Numbered from the stretch's first letter, positions 50,401 through 59,641 are shown. The stretch: 64,000 bases of DNA from a virus (IMGVR_UViG_3300027819_000006), one strand, 5' to 3'. Notes: generated by a model not told the origin, from the letters alone. Program-made: numbers and translations.

Positions 50401-51381
50401 TTCATTTATTCGCACAAAGTTCTGATTCAGTCCATACAGATTTGTAATAGCTTCTATGCATTTCTTTGTACCTTTTGTCTTTATCAGATACATCAAATTG
50501 TTCAGAATTCTATTCCATATCTCAAATGATATTTCTTCTGATCTTAAACCAGAAACAGAATCTGTAAAGAAGTCATCAAATGAGGAATTTACTGCTGTCT
50601 GAAATAGATCTACTCCAAATTGTTTTGCCACTGTTGGTAAATATTTATTTGGAGTTCTGTCAAAGTCACCATAGCTCAAATGTCTAACATGAGACATCTG
50701 ATCAATAAAACTTTTTAGATTATCTAGTTCATCTCCAAGTACAGCAAGTAACCTTTCTAAATTGTTATCAGTGTCATTTAAAAATAGAATATCTGGCAGA
50801 GTTTCTTTCAGATTAATATTTCTTGCTACATATTGTTCTGCTGTTGCAGCATAGATTGTACCATCATTTGCAGAACCAGGAGTTTGGTATACAAAGTTTA
50901 GGCCAGATTCAAAAGAAGTAGCTGAAGCAGATACAGAATTTGTTATAGCTGTTTGAGACCCAGTAATAACATTTACAGAATTTCTATAAACTACAGTAAG
51001 AGGTATAGTCTGACCTTTGGCATTTGTAGCTCCAGCAGTCAGAGTTCCAGATAGACTAAATTGATCTAGTAGCCATAGTTGGAAACCAGTAGAATTTTTT
51101 CGAAAATTATCAGCAGCATAAATATTTGCAGCACATAAAGATGCAGTAGTAAAACCATTTAGTCCAATAGGATAGTTTTGAATGATACCAGTCAGAGCTA
51201 CATTGAATTTTCTGACAGCATCACCAAAATAGACATGCTTGGAAAAGTCGCTGTAATCTACTAGAGGTAACACTTTTGTATGTGCACCTGTCACAGAATG
51301 AACAGCAAAATTTCCTGAAGCTGCTCCCATGCTAGACAAACTAGATACTAGCGTGTCAAATGAAAATCCTGCATCTACCAC
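47458..51381 (-). CDS. Large baseplate wedge/tail protein with carbohydrate-binding-like and LamG-like inserts
   Basis: 1307 aa; LP..LF...LERLL...G.ELD, L..LIKTKGT...IEAI..LYG (P2 gpI/T4 wedge-like), two N..FE.G repeats, G..QEIRVWN.AL. Confidence 0.65.
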   Translation of the reverse strand: MVDAGFSFDTLVSSLSSMGAASGNFAVHSVTGAHTKVLPLVDYSDFSKHVYFGDAVRKFNVALTGIIQNYPIGLNGFTTASLCAANIYAADNFRKNSTGFQLWLLDQFSLSGTLTAGATNAKGQTIPLTVVYRNSVNVITGSQTAITNSVSASATSFESGLNFVYQTPGSANDGTIYAATAEQYVARNINLKETLPDILFLNDTDNNLERLLAVLGDELDNLKSFIDQMSHVRHLSYGDFDRTPNKYLPTVAKQFGVDLFQTAVNSSFDDFFTDSVSGLRSEEISFEIWNRILNNLMYLIKTKGTKKCIEAITNLYGLNQNFVRINEYSTFKNPLYVKIPEYLDTPVLFSTGDVYAQTPTASISSFDFGASSNFTIEMRVSATAATTHRLLTHPAYRMQIDASGRAYFITNTISGIYANIVSNSAFENGTTGLASAWIKSPSIIASAETTTVHAGSSAQRLEFSTWPDHASRTGTVFAQQLTGLPTNSIPYGITGFIDITTLTGSNQHTLVFRIGPNSGLSDWQTSTTATTTGTYGKSVLTWTNTASTVWVWLQDYFILPTGNIYNYISNTGFEIGFDVNNTASGWIKDSSITTTITAGGGQYTGTSAQVVSFSASTNSTCGSQVFATQLTGLTANTVYGLSSFINIQVPGTYGMRLGTISSQTGAPYFSTTSSTSGSYIQLTGSWSNTATTAWLSIFANNSVSSQVFIDNITASPVFVSNTALIDSVSACINATLGASITSSTTQSSLSSFIQSRDNNFINIIASRIGDNLKIWTMGLSGSGSGNDDIVILASGVTTGLQAINLHSSGGAMTFGTYFPGSGSFSGYMQEIRVWNVALEEEDLKEHCRNFQSIDFQNSTASNSATYGSLRAHYRLKENHVLTGAYNFIVDSTTANASAIPINFQSVNRYKMIPSMEKFSFWYPASLAIDDDKITQDDVSKNMLDPGYISVAFDPINVLNREILNSKRDLNIANSLGDPEDLYRPSYTGPFVTIRQDIFTRFNHKLPIDFNSFNRSLKNFSDTIGNMFVFMYQFIPAKSNMLSEGLTIKNHILERPKNQREYYTVSSLTSFKFGISNHFLLSDTSVSAATVSSFQGYRIQNPLQQFISNSISSERNLPNLSTNSSVNTPRFSSTRVGRLLTVKSTPSSPEKTELDITVSRIVLSPTASPSAFNGNIYGRFRILRGGKPVLSNVPAMRFEFPVSGDGTTNLFKAQIGDIANNKYRDISGKDRIFSTKTDIATIEMNLQLADVVRALSTDTTSLSGTLGIVPIRITNLFSNVTQVIRVGITNDNNILGESSQQVGIRIQS

Positions 51382-51408
51382 TTATATTTTCTCATTAAAA
51401 ATGAATTA

Positions 51409-51876
51409 CTACAGACTGATAATAGAATTACCAGTTCCAGCTAAATATCTATTGTACAAAGACATAAACCCTATTTTGAAAGAACTTGTCTTGATAGAAT
51501 CCAATATTCCATCTAAATAGCCATCACTTATAGCATATTTGCCTTCTGCTGCCAATGCTCTTGCATTCTCTACATAGTTAATTAGATCATCTTTTCTTTT
51601 CTTTGTAGCAAATCCTGATAGTTCTTGATTATGATCTATGATATATTTTGTGAAAGATTTCTTTTCAGATATATCTACTACTTCAGACATGACTTTTCTG
51701 ATTTCATCTTTTACGATTCTTCTGATTATCTGTGCTTCTGTTAGTTGCTGTTTCTGTTTCATGTTTTTAAGTCTCCTTTTTAATTCTTTATAGATGTAAT
51801 TGTTCCAGCTTTGAGTAATACTGCTTATTTTCTTTAAGGTGGGCCCAAGCAATCTTTCCTGTCTTGATTGGATCAT
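51409..51876 (-). CDS. Hypothetical protein
   Basis: IIRRIVKDEIRKVMSE leader-like segment; the true start may be internal. Confidence 0.4.
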   Translation of the reverse strand: MIQSRQERLLGPTLKKISSITQSWNNYIYKELKRRLKNMKQKQQLTEAQIIRRIVKDEIRKVMSEVVDISEKKSFTKYIIDHNQELSGFATKKRKDDLINYVENARALAAEGKYAISDGYLDGILDSIKTSSFKIGFMSLYNRYLAGTGNSIISL

Positions 51877-52048
51877 CGTCTGTTATGTTTGTTTCTGGAT
51901 CTTTTAACCCATGCTCGCTCTCAATATTTAAGCCCATTGTAAACTGATCTAAGCTGATCTGTTTCCAATCAATGCCAAGCTGGTTTCCAATGTCTTTAGC
52001 TCTTTTCTTAGATATTTGTTTTGATTCTAATAAGATGTTGAGTTTCAT
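51788..52048 (-). CDS. DUF5661-like protein with MKL leader
   Basis: G...E.EH...TDDD....KIA.AHL.E...YY..L. Confidence 0.65.
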   Translation of the reverse strand: MKLNILLESKQISKKRAKDIGNQLGIDWKQISLDQFTMGLNIESEHGLKDPETNITDDDPIKTGKIAWAHLKENKQYYSKLEQLHL

Positions 52049-52692
52049 TATGGTTTGCCAATTTTAGCAAGAGGATGATATATTAAATCTTCATCTCTTT
52101 TAATTGAGTTCATATAATATTCATAAGATTGTAATCCAAATTTTTCTAATCTTTTAAATTTATATGCTCCTTGAGTAGTAGATGTATCTATTTTATCTCT
52201 ATTTTCATAGTCTTCTTTTGCTTTTTGAGCATTTTCTAATCTTTTTGAAATGCTATTCTTAACTTCTTCAAATATTTTTGGCACAATATAAATTTTAATC
52301 AGATATCTATCGAGAGGTTTTATTGGACCATTTATTAGCAATTCTTCTGCTTCAACTTTATTTTTTTGACTTTCTTTTCTTCTATCATGAAAAGCATATG
52401 CATAAGGTCTAATTTTATATCTAGCTCTTAATTTATCCCAGTCTAATTCAAAACAAACATCCATAGATTTGCTGCCTATAATAACATATCTGTCTCTAGT
52501 AAGTGATACGACACCTGATTCAAAATGAGGATTCTTAAATGTAGCTACATCTTCATATTCTACTTTGCCTATACCATTCATAGCAACTATATTTTCTGCC
52601 CACCCTACATAAGTCCAATGATATAGAGATTGTCTAGATTGTTCTAATATTAAATCTTTAAGTTTCACTTTCTCATTTGCTCCAATATCCAA
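52048..52692 (-). CDS. Putative ADP-ribosyltransferase-fold protein
   Basis: LYHWT...VSLTRD...FELD...EAEE pattern (H-x-T / S-x-T / ExE). Confidence 0.4.
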   Translation of the reverse strand: MDIGANEKVKLKDLILEQSRQSLYHWTYVGWAENIVAMNGIGKVEYEDVATFKNPHFESGVVSLTRDRYVIIGSKSMDVCFELDWDKLRARYKIRPYAYAFHDRRKESQKNKVEAEELLINGPIKPLDRYLIKIYIVPKIFEEVKNSISKRLENAQKAKEDYENRDKIDTSTTQGAYKFKRLEKFGLQSYEYYMNSIKRDEDLIYHPLAKIGKP

Positions 52693-52773
52693 TCTGTTGC
52701 TTTATACAGATAGCTCATGATTATCAAAACTATCATTATATGAACGAAATCTGAAATGTATATCAATCATATT

Positions 52774-54162
52774 CTATTGCACAGAGAAAAACCATTTCTG
52801 TTTATTGGCATAGATATATGTAGATCCTTTTAATGACAGTTTTAACAAAATATAGTATTTCTTATTTGCATATAAGTCCTGACAGTTAAATTGTAGGAAA
52901 TTTCCAACCTTATCGAATGATAAAGTGTCAGCTGGAATCTCCGTCGAATCTGTATCTAGCTCATGTAGCTCCCAGGTGCTATTTGTGGCAATAAAATTCT
53001 GTTGCGCTGTTGTAGCTCCAGTTGCAGCTACCAATGATACAGAGTTGTCTTTTATGTTTATTCTAATTCTTGGTTGTGAATTCTTGTCATAAACATTGCT
53101 CAAATTCTGCAATATAACTCTATAAGAAGAAGTCTGATAATTATCAAATCCAGAAGCTGGATTTATTGTTGTAAATGAAAATGTATAATTTGCTGTAGGA
53201 GATGCAGAGATATACCAATTGTCTTTGAATGAAGTAGCAGCAAATGCATTTGAAGTCAGGGGCATTGTTCCAATATTACACTGATAAATACCTTTAGACC
53301 ATCTTTTAGCTGTCAAACTTGTTTTAATTGCAGAAACAGCATTGTTTGAAGATGAAGTTCCAGATAGAGTAATGTTTCCAGGGAAATCTCCAGATGCTAC
53401 AGCATTCAAATCTGTTAGCTGCCCATTGACTATATTATAGAAAAATAGATTAGCTGTTGAATTAAATGCAACAAAATTTCTGAAATCTTGTATTGCTCCA
53501 GGCCACTCTAGAGAAATAAATGGCCTATTCGTAGTGTTAGTCTGACGAGAATAAAATTTCTTTGTATAGTAACTGAATGCTGATAAAGAGCCTGCTTTAT
53601 TCTCTTCTGTATTAGACATTCTAATCATTAAGCCCTGATTGGCTGTTTGAGAGTTTGTCCATGCCTTAAAAATATTTGTAATGTTGATTCGGAGATTTTC
53701 TTCTCCCTGAGGGAAATATTGAGTAGCAGAATTTGCATCAATTACATAATCTCCACCAGAAGCATTCCAAGCAGTAGAATTTGTAGCAGACACAGCATTT
53801 GCAAAACCAGTTTGAGACATAGAATTGTTTTCTAACCCAGAAGATTCAGACCAATTACTAGTTACTGGATATACATTTAAATTGAAATTAGAAGCTAATG
53901 GATCTCCATGTTTACAGTTGAAAAGATTTAAATATGCAGACACAGTAGTGTCAGTTATTATGTCGGGCAAATCTCTATTTATAATATTAGCTGTGCATGA
54001 AGATATATTGAAAGATATTAATATTCTTGCCCAATTTTTAATGTTAGTATTATTATTGAACAATGTCCAAGTTTCTAATATGGGAGATGCTCCAAAATTA
54101 GAAGTTATGGATTTATCTGTTATAAAAGTGTCTTTATCTGACCAAGATCTAAACACGCTCAT
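52774..54162 (-). CDS. Virion structural protein (DNRLRE/disaggregatase-like domain)
   Basis: DTFI...NFG....LE, R.LI.F, A.LNL, W..SGGD, N.GL.I, K.FYSR.T....P. Confidence 0.6.
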   Translation of the reverse strand: MSVFRSWSDKDTFITDKSITSNFGASPILETWTLFNNNTNIKNWARILISFNISSCTANIINRDLPDIITDTTVSAYLNLFNCKHGDPLASNFNLNVYPVTSNWSESSGLENNSMSQTGFANAVSATNSTAWNASGGDYVIDANSATQYFPQGEENLRINITNIFKAWTNSQTANQGLMIRMSNTEENKAGSLSAFSYYTKKFYSRQTNTTNRPFISLEWPGAIQDFRNFVAFNSTANLFFYNIVNGQLTDLNAVASGDFPGNITLSGTSSSNNAVSAIKTSLTAKRWSKGIYQCNIGTMPLTSNAFAATSFKDNWYISASPTANYTFSFTTINPASGFDNYQTSSYRVILQNLSNVYDKNSQPRIRINIKDNSVSLVAATGATTAQQNFIATNSTWELHELDTDSTEIPADTLSFDKVGNFLQFNCQDLYANKKYYILLKLSLKGSTYIYANKQKWFFSVQ

Positions 54163-55358
54163 TTATTATCTCCATAATTCATAACAAATTCTATGTTATT
54201 GTTTGAGCAATAAATCTTAGCAGCTTCTATTTTTAAATTTAACTTTTCCTGATCAAATATTCTGCCTTTTGTTTCTTCTAATACTATTTTATTTTTATAT
54301 TGTATTAAAAAATCAGGTATATATCGTCTCAATCTGTCATATTCATATTTTATAACTATATGATGTTTTTTTGTCCATTTTATAACATTCATATCTTTAT
54401 CTAATTCTTTCATTCTTTGCAGCTCAAGTCCACTAGCATAAAATTCTTCTATTCCAGTTTTTATAGAAGTATAATACCCTCTTTTAAAATATTTTACTCC
54501 ATAATTTTCGCATCTATTTGCTGCAGCTATACTCATTTTTTGTTTTGTTTCTTCAGATATTATAAAATGTCTGCCAGTACTAATTTTAGACTGATGTTCA
54601 CATTTGACTTTCCACATCTCTTCAGCTTTTTCAATTCCATATTTATCTATCCAAACAGATTTTACAGACACTCTATACATTGGATTACCAGAACCAGAAA
54701 TCTTTTCAGAAATGTTTGCATTTCTTTCTGCCCACATTTCTTTGGCTATTTCAATACCGTATTCTTTTATCCAAATATCTTTTACTGAAACTCCATACAT
54801 TGGATTCAAATCACCTACTCTATTTGACCCAAACATAGGATTGTTTTCTCCTGACATATTCTTTGAGCCAACTATTTTAAATTTATCGCTTAATATATCA
54901 TTAACTGTTTTGCTATCTGGAAATTGTTTTCTATATTTTTCAGAACTAATATTATGTTTGGATTTTAAATGTACACACAAAGCTTCAAAATATCTGTGAC
55001 ATATTAAACATTCTATTTTATTTTCATCTGCATTAAAAGAATTGTCAATATAGATTTGTTTTTTTGATTTTGGTCTTTTATTTCGTATTTCTTGAATTTT
55101 TTCTTCGCTAAACATTTCTTTATATTTTTTATCTTTACTCCAAATAACTATCTCTTTATTTAAATGTCTTCTTTTTAAAGTTTCAGAAATGCGTCTTTTT
55201 CTACATACTAAACATCTTCTGTTTATATCTTTTGTAATATTAGAACAATCTTTTTCTATACAATAGAAAGTTTCATTGTCTCTATGTTTAGAGCAAGTAG
55301 TATATCCTTTGTTTATAGTTTTTTCTCTTAATTTAGCTGCACAGTATTTACAATTCAA
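54159..55358 (-). CDS. Free-standing endonuclease: Cys-rich + C2H2/MucR-like + NUMOD-like + TnsA-like PD-(D/E)xK domain
   Basis: CLIC...L..HL...H, GENNPMFG repeats, YASGLE...YIPDFLI...LEETKG. Confidence 0.78.
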   Translation of the reverse strand: MNCKYCAAKLREKTINKGYTTCSKHRDNETFYCIEKDCSNITKDINRRCLVCRKRRISETLKRRHLNKEIVIWSKDKKYKEMFSEEKIQEIRNKRPKSKKQIYIDNSFNADENKIECLICHRYFEALCVHLKSKHNISSEKYRKQFPDSKTVNDILSDKFKIVGSKNMSGENNPMFGSNRVGDLNPMYGVSVKDIWIKEYGIEIAKEMWAERNANISEKISGSGNPMYRVSVKSVWIDKYGIEKAEEMWKVKCEHQSKISTGRHFIISEETKQKMSIAAANRCENYGVKYFKRGYYTSIKTGIEEFYASGLELQRMKELDKDMNVIKWTKKHHIVIKYEYDRLRRYIPDFLIQYKNKIVLEETKGRIFDQEKLNLKIEAAKIYCSNNNIEFVMNYGDNK

Positions 55359-55398
55359 AACTATACCTCCATTTATCTGCCCATGATCTAAATATCAT
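55348..55398 (-). pseudogene. Short 5' duplicate of the start of 52774..54162
   Basis: MIFRSWADK(WRYSFEL*) vs MSVFRSWSDK; tttagatcatgggcagataaa vs tttagatcttggtcagataaa (19/21 nt). Confidence 0.7.
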
Positions 55399-55517
55399 TT
55401 TTAATTCTCTTCAATATGAAATCATGTTTATGTCTAATTCTATCGATAATATATCCATAATTTAAAATATATTAATTAATTTCCTATAAAGATCTTCTTT
55501 TTCTTCTTCATTAGCAG

Positions 55518-55814
55518 TTATGTGTATATATTTTCTTTTTCTAAAAAATCTCTAACTGCATTTATAACATTAGAAAATACTATAAATTCATGACCAGATT
55601 TAGAAATCAGTGGATCGTAATATACTGTATTATCATTTTTTGTTTTTATACCAAAATAAACATCCCAATAAGTATTTCCTATATTTTTAGAAACTACATG
55701 TTTTGATATGCTTGTTCTATACTTTAATTTATCTACTGTAAAATAATATTCTATTCTATCAACAGATCTTCTTTTGGTAAATTTTTTAGTGTCAAACAAT
55801 TCTTTAAGCAGCAT
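55518..55814 (-). CDS. Small leader protein, shorter paralogue of 56497..56919
   Basis: F.VD...YR...W.V.F...G.EF.VFS.V..A...FL shared. Confidence 0.5.
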   Translation of the reverse strand: MLLKELFDTKKFTKRRSVDRIEYYFTVDKLKYRTSISKHVVSKNIGNTYWDVYFGIKTKNDNTVYYDPLISKSGHEFIVFSNVINAVRDFLEKENIYT

Positions 55815-55816
55815 CT

Positions 55817-56500
55817 CTAATTTCTCTTTTTAGGAATAGATCCACATTTGCAGCCATATAGAATCAAAGTACTCATATCGCATTCACAGTCATGAATCTT
55901 TTTAGTCTTACTATCTGGTACAGTATTTACAATCCATTCACTCTCATGATCATATTCTGGAGGATCACATGCATTATAATCTATATCTGCATCTTCTTCA
56001 AATATTTCACAGAAGAAATTACCAAGACATTCTCTATGATATAAGTCTTCTGTAAATAGATGAGAATAGCTAAGTTGTTTCATATCTTCTTGGTTTATTG
56101 AATATTTCTTATAGAAATTATCATTAACATTTACAAGCTCTAATAATATATCTCTATCTATGCCATGTGCAAAATTATAGTAATCTTTCTCTGTTCTCAT
56201 TTTCATAGGAGTAGTACAGTAATATCCATCTTCTAATATTGGAACTTTATTATCCATAAAATCAAATTCATCAAAATATATTTTATGATTGTCATACATA
56301 GTCCAGTCTAAGATGTAATCTTTATATGTTACACAATCGAAACTACCAGCATAATTATGACTGTCAACTATGTTAATCATGTTATTTTTATTATGTATTA
56401 CTGTCACTACATTGATACCAGCTGTAATATTTTTTATTACATCTTTGATCAATCTTGTAGTTTTACCAGATCTTCTACCAGATATTTCTAAATACATCAT
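55817..56500 (-). CDS. P-loop NTPase-like protein with C-terminal CxC-x9-CxC motif
   Basis: ISGRRSGKTT (Walker A), IYFDEFD (Walker B), ends CECDMSTLILYGCKCGSIPKKRN. Confidence 0.6.
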   Translation of the reverse strand: MMYLEISGRRSGKTTRLIKDVIKNITAGINVVTVIHNKNNMINIVDSHNYAGSFDCVTYKDYILDWTMYDNHKIYFDEFDFMDNKVPILEDGYYCTTPMKMRTEKDYYNFAHGIDRDILLELVNVNDNFYKKYSINQEDMKQLSYSHLFTEDLYHRECLGNFFCEIFEEDADIDYNACDPPEYDHESEWIVNTVPDSKTKKIHDCECDMSTLILYGCKCGSIPKKRN

Positions 56501-56919
56501 GATTCCTCTCGTATTAATCTAAAAAATCCGTTATTGGCATTACTACTTTTAGATAACTTAAATCCAATAGTAGGAGCTAGTTTTTTAATCATTCTTTTGT
56601 ATAATTTAATTCTAGAATATTCTTTAGCTGTAAAGTTCAAAAAATTAGTTTTTTCTTGTTTTAAAAATTCTTTTATTGCATCGACGACAATAGAAAATAC
56701 TTTAAATTCATTACCGAGATTATTTAAATCTACATAATTATTTGCTTCAAATCTTATATTCCATTGTTTGTCGACAGTTCCATTATAATGAAAAACAATT
56801 TTCTCTATGAATACTCTATATTCTACATCATCTATTTCAAATTTACCAACCCATTCATCTTCTTTTTTAGTAACCCATTGAATTTTATCAACAGTATTGA
56901 ATATTTCTATAAGTTTCAT
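56497..56919 (-). CDS. MKL-leader small protein
   Basis: MKLIEIFN; FTAKE.SR..LY.RM pattern. Confidence 0.5.
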   Translation of the reverse strand: MKLIEIFNTVDKIQWVTKKEDEWVGKFEIDDVEYRVFIEKIVFHYNGTVDKQWNIRFEANNYVDLNNLGNEFKVFSIVVDAIKEFLKQEKTNFLNFTAKEYSRIKLYKRMIKKLAPTIGFKLSKSSNANNGFFRLIREES

Positions 56920-57419
56920 AACAATTATGTGATGTCAACTTCTAGCTTTGCACTGCCAGCAGTAGCTTTGACGTTCACGCATACTTCGTATTGTATAGTT
57001 TCTCCAAGATGTTCATTCTTGAAATCTAATAGTTTAGCTACTTGAGCATTATTCTTTCCAAACTGACCTATGAGCTGAGATACTTCTGTATATGTTACAG
57101 GTATCATAGATTCTGTTAATATATCTTTCAGTTTTATTCTCACTACAATTTCTCCAATTTATGTTAGATCAAACTTTTTTATACCCAGACTCTGAGATTT
57201 TACTTCTACTTCTATGTGTATAAGAATTCTTTCTTCTCCATGATCTTTTTCATGTGCTTTTTTCATGAAAGCAAAAAGTTCATTACGCTTATTTTTATTA
57301 AGTAAAGATGCGCTATTGCTGAGAAAATTTCTTATTTCATCAGCATCTGAATGCACCAGTTCTTCTTTGATCAATTTTCTTAATTCTTTTACCGTCATTT
57401 TATACTCCAAATTTTTAGT

Positions 57420-59231
57420 TTAAGCTATCCGCATAACGATATCATTATTTGCATTCTTTAATTCCCAGCAAGCTGTCTCAGGAAATCTTAATACTCCGCC
57501 TTTTGTATTAGCCAAAATGTTATATTCTGTATTAGAATAAACTCTTCCATCTACTGTACCAGCAATGTTGACAATATTAAATTCTGCCACCGACCTTACT
57601 TCTGGCAAACCCTGAATTTTTGAGATCATATCAGGAATCACAATGTAGTCATTAAAATTGGATTGGCTTATGTCCAATTCATTCTTAATGACAAAGTAAG
57701 ATTTGATTAATGCTTCATTAGGGTTAATGTCAGGTTCGGGTACGATGGCAAAATTTACACCAATATTGATTATACTTCCATTTGTTAATTTTACTGAATC
57801 AGAGAATGATCTGTATCGTGATATAAATATTTCTATATTATTTTTTAAGACACTGTCAGGTGCTACTAAATAACCTTTTGTATCTCGAGCTATAGTAATT
57901 AGCTCTACGCCTAAATTGTTTGTAGGGTCTTTTCTAGCATAACTTCTGAATACAGTTCCAAAGTTTTGTGGCATAGATAGAGCTATAACTTGATAATCTT
58001 GTAGAGTAACAGCTCTATTCTGAGCATTGAAGAATGCAGATGTTCTCTGTCTTATTTCATCTAGAGTTTCTCTTTCAGATCCTCCAAATGCTGGTGATAT
58101 ATTATTGGCTGACAGACTTCTCAGAATATTAGAAGCAATATTTGATGAAACAGATTCAAAATTTGCAGTTTTGAATGAATATCGCAAATTTCTAATTGTT
58201 TTCAATGTATTTGCAGCAACATTTGTAGCAATCCCCCCGCCTACTCTGTAATTCACTGTAACAGCTATATTTCTTGGTGCTACACCCAAACTATTGCCAT
58301 CAATAAAATTTGTAGGATCTATTGTAGCTGGTGAGAACCCAGATGGAGAACCCCTTAATGTTGGAGGTAAAGCATAGTCTTCAGGATTTGGTATAATCTC
58401 TGTATCTTCTACTCCAAGAGTACCTGAACCGAATACAAGAGAAGTTCTTCCTTTTGTTTCTCTTTCTGTTACAAATCTTCTTGGTGATCTTTTAAATGCC
58501 AGCACAAATGGAGTATTACCAGAACTAGAAGTTGTGTTAGGTATTCCAGAGAATATTACATCTTGAGCTAAATAATCTACTTTATTCCATTCTGTATTAT
58601 CAGATCCAGATACAGCTACTATTTCTGTAACATCTGGTTCTGGTAGAATAATCTTAAGAAATGGAGTAGCAATAGCTCCTGCTGTATAGATAAAAGTTTT
58701 AGTAGTACCAGCTATAGCCGATATTCCAGATATAGATAAAGTTGTAGTTCCTGCAGCTGTATTGTTAGTAGCAGTTCTATTTGCTGTCAAAGAAAAGTCT
58801 ACATCTTGCATTATCTCAAATGGAATAGATGGCAATAAATTGGTCAATACTCCAGTACCCTTATTGATTGTAAACAGAGAATTAGCAGAAACAGATGTTG
58901 GTACAGAAGCGCTTAATGAAATATTTACTAGAGCAGGAACTCTTGATTTGGGCTGCCTACCGAAAGTCTTAGCATTAGATAGAACATTTCTTTCTTCAAT
59001 AGCTCTATTTGGATCTACTTCATTGATCTGTCTGTCTATGTAGAAAGAAAGCATGTCTCCGACAAATGCTTCCATTTCTAGTATAGCAAGACCTCCAGAA
59101 GCTTGGTTGAAATCAGAATACTGATCTGGAAAGTGATTGCGAAGATATGTCAGCAGTTCAAGCTTGATGCTGTCGAAGTCTTTAGAAACATATCCGATTT
59201 GGCGTATTTCTTTTGGTGCATTTACTGCCAT
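57420..59231 (-). CDS. Baseplate wedge protein (T4 gp6 / baseplate J-like)
   Basis: DFD.IK..L..YL...Y.DF, L.FY.D.Q.NE, GG...ET.DEIR, QNRAVT.QDY. Confidence 0.9.
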   Translation of the reverse strand: MAVNAPKEIRQIGYVSKDFDSIKLELLTYLRNHFPDQYSDFNQASGGLAILEMEAFVGDMLSFYIDRQINEVDPNRAIEERNVLSNAKTFGRQPKSRVPALVNISLSASVPTSVSANSLFTINKGTGVLTNLLPSIPFEIMQDVDFSLTANRTATNNTAAGTTTLSISGISAIAGTTKTFIYTAGAIATPFLKIILPEPDVTEIVAVSGSDNTEWNKVDYLAQDVIFSGIPNTTSSSGNTPFVLAFKRSPRRFVTERETKGRTSLVFGSGTLGVEDTEIIPNPEDYALPPTLRGSPSGFSPATIDPTNFIDGNSLGVAPRNIAVTVNYRVGGGIATNVAANTLKTIRNLRYSFKTANFESVSSNIASNILRSLSANNISPAFGGSERETLDEIRQRTSAFFNAQNRAVTLQDYQVIALSMPQNFGTVFRSYARKDPTNNLGVELITIARDTKGYLVAPDSVLKNNIEIFISRYRSFSDSVKLTNGSIINIGVNFAIVPEPDINPNEALIKSYFVIKNELDISQSNFNDYIVIPDMISKIQGLPEVRSVAEFNIVNIAGTVDGRVYSNTEYNILANTKGGVLRFPETACWELKNANNDIVMRIA

Positions 59232-59242
59232 AGTTTAGCTCT

Positions 59243-59641
59243 TTAAATAGTTAGTGCTACTGTTTCTGAAAAATTTGGTGCATTTTTCAAAGAATATGTA
59301 ATCTTTATCATGATCGACGTATCGTCTAAATAGTCTAATTCTGATTTTGTAAGCAGCTGTATATCATTCAATGTAATATTTGGCAAGAAATTTGTAACAG
59401 CAGAAGTTATTTCATTTCTCATTTTCAGAAGCATTTCATCTCTATTGATATTGTTAAATAATTCTCCACCAATAGTAGTGATGTTTGTACCAATAGTAGG
59501 AAACAATAATCGTTCTCCTTTTCTAGTCATAAGAAGAACTTTTAAATCTTCTCTAGTAGCATTTACTGTAGTCTTGTTTCCTTCTGGGATTCCCTCATTA
59601 CCTTTGATGAACGGAAATTTCCAATTAATCGTTTTAGACAT
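59243..59641 (-). CDS. Baseplate protein, GPW/gp25 family
   Basis: L..LLMTRKGER...P..G...LF...I......LP.I.L. Confidence 0.88.
   Translation of the reverse strand: MSKTINWKFPFIKGNEGIPEGNKTTVNATREDLKVLLMTRKGERLLFPTIGTNITTIGGELFNNINRDEMLLKMRNEITSAVTNFLPNITLNDIQLLTKSELDYLDDTSIMIKITYSLKNAPNFSETVALTI

Noticed and set aside
12968-55500. The interleaved leader upstream of endonucleases 12968..14020, 44689..45571 and 54159..55358
   Set aside because: Looked for and not found; the first two overlap upstream genes and the third has only the stub and a partial AT motif.
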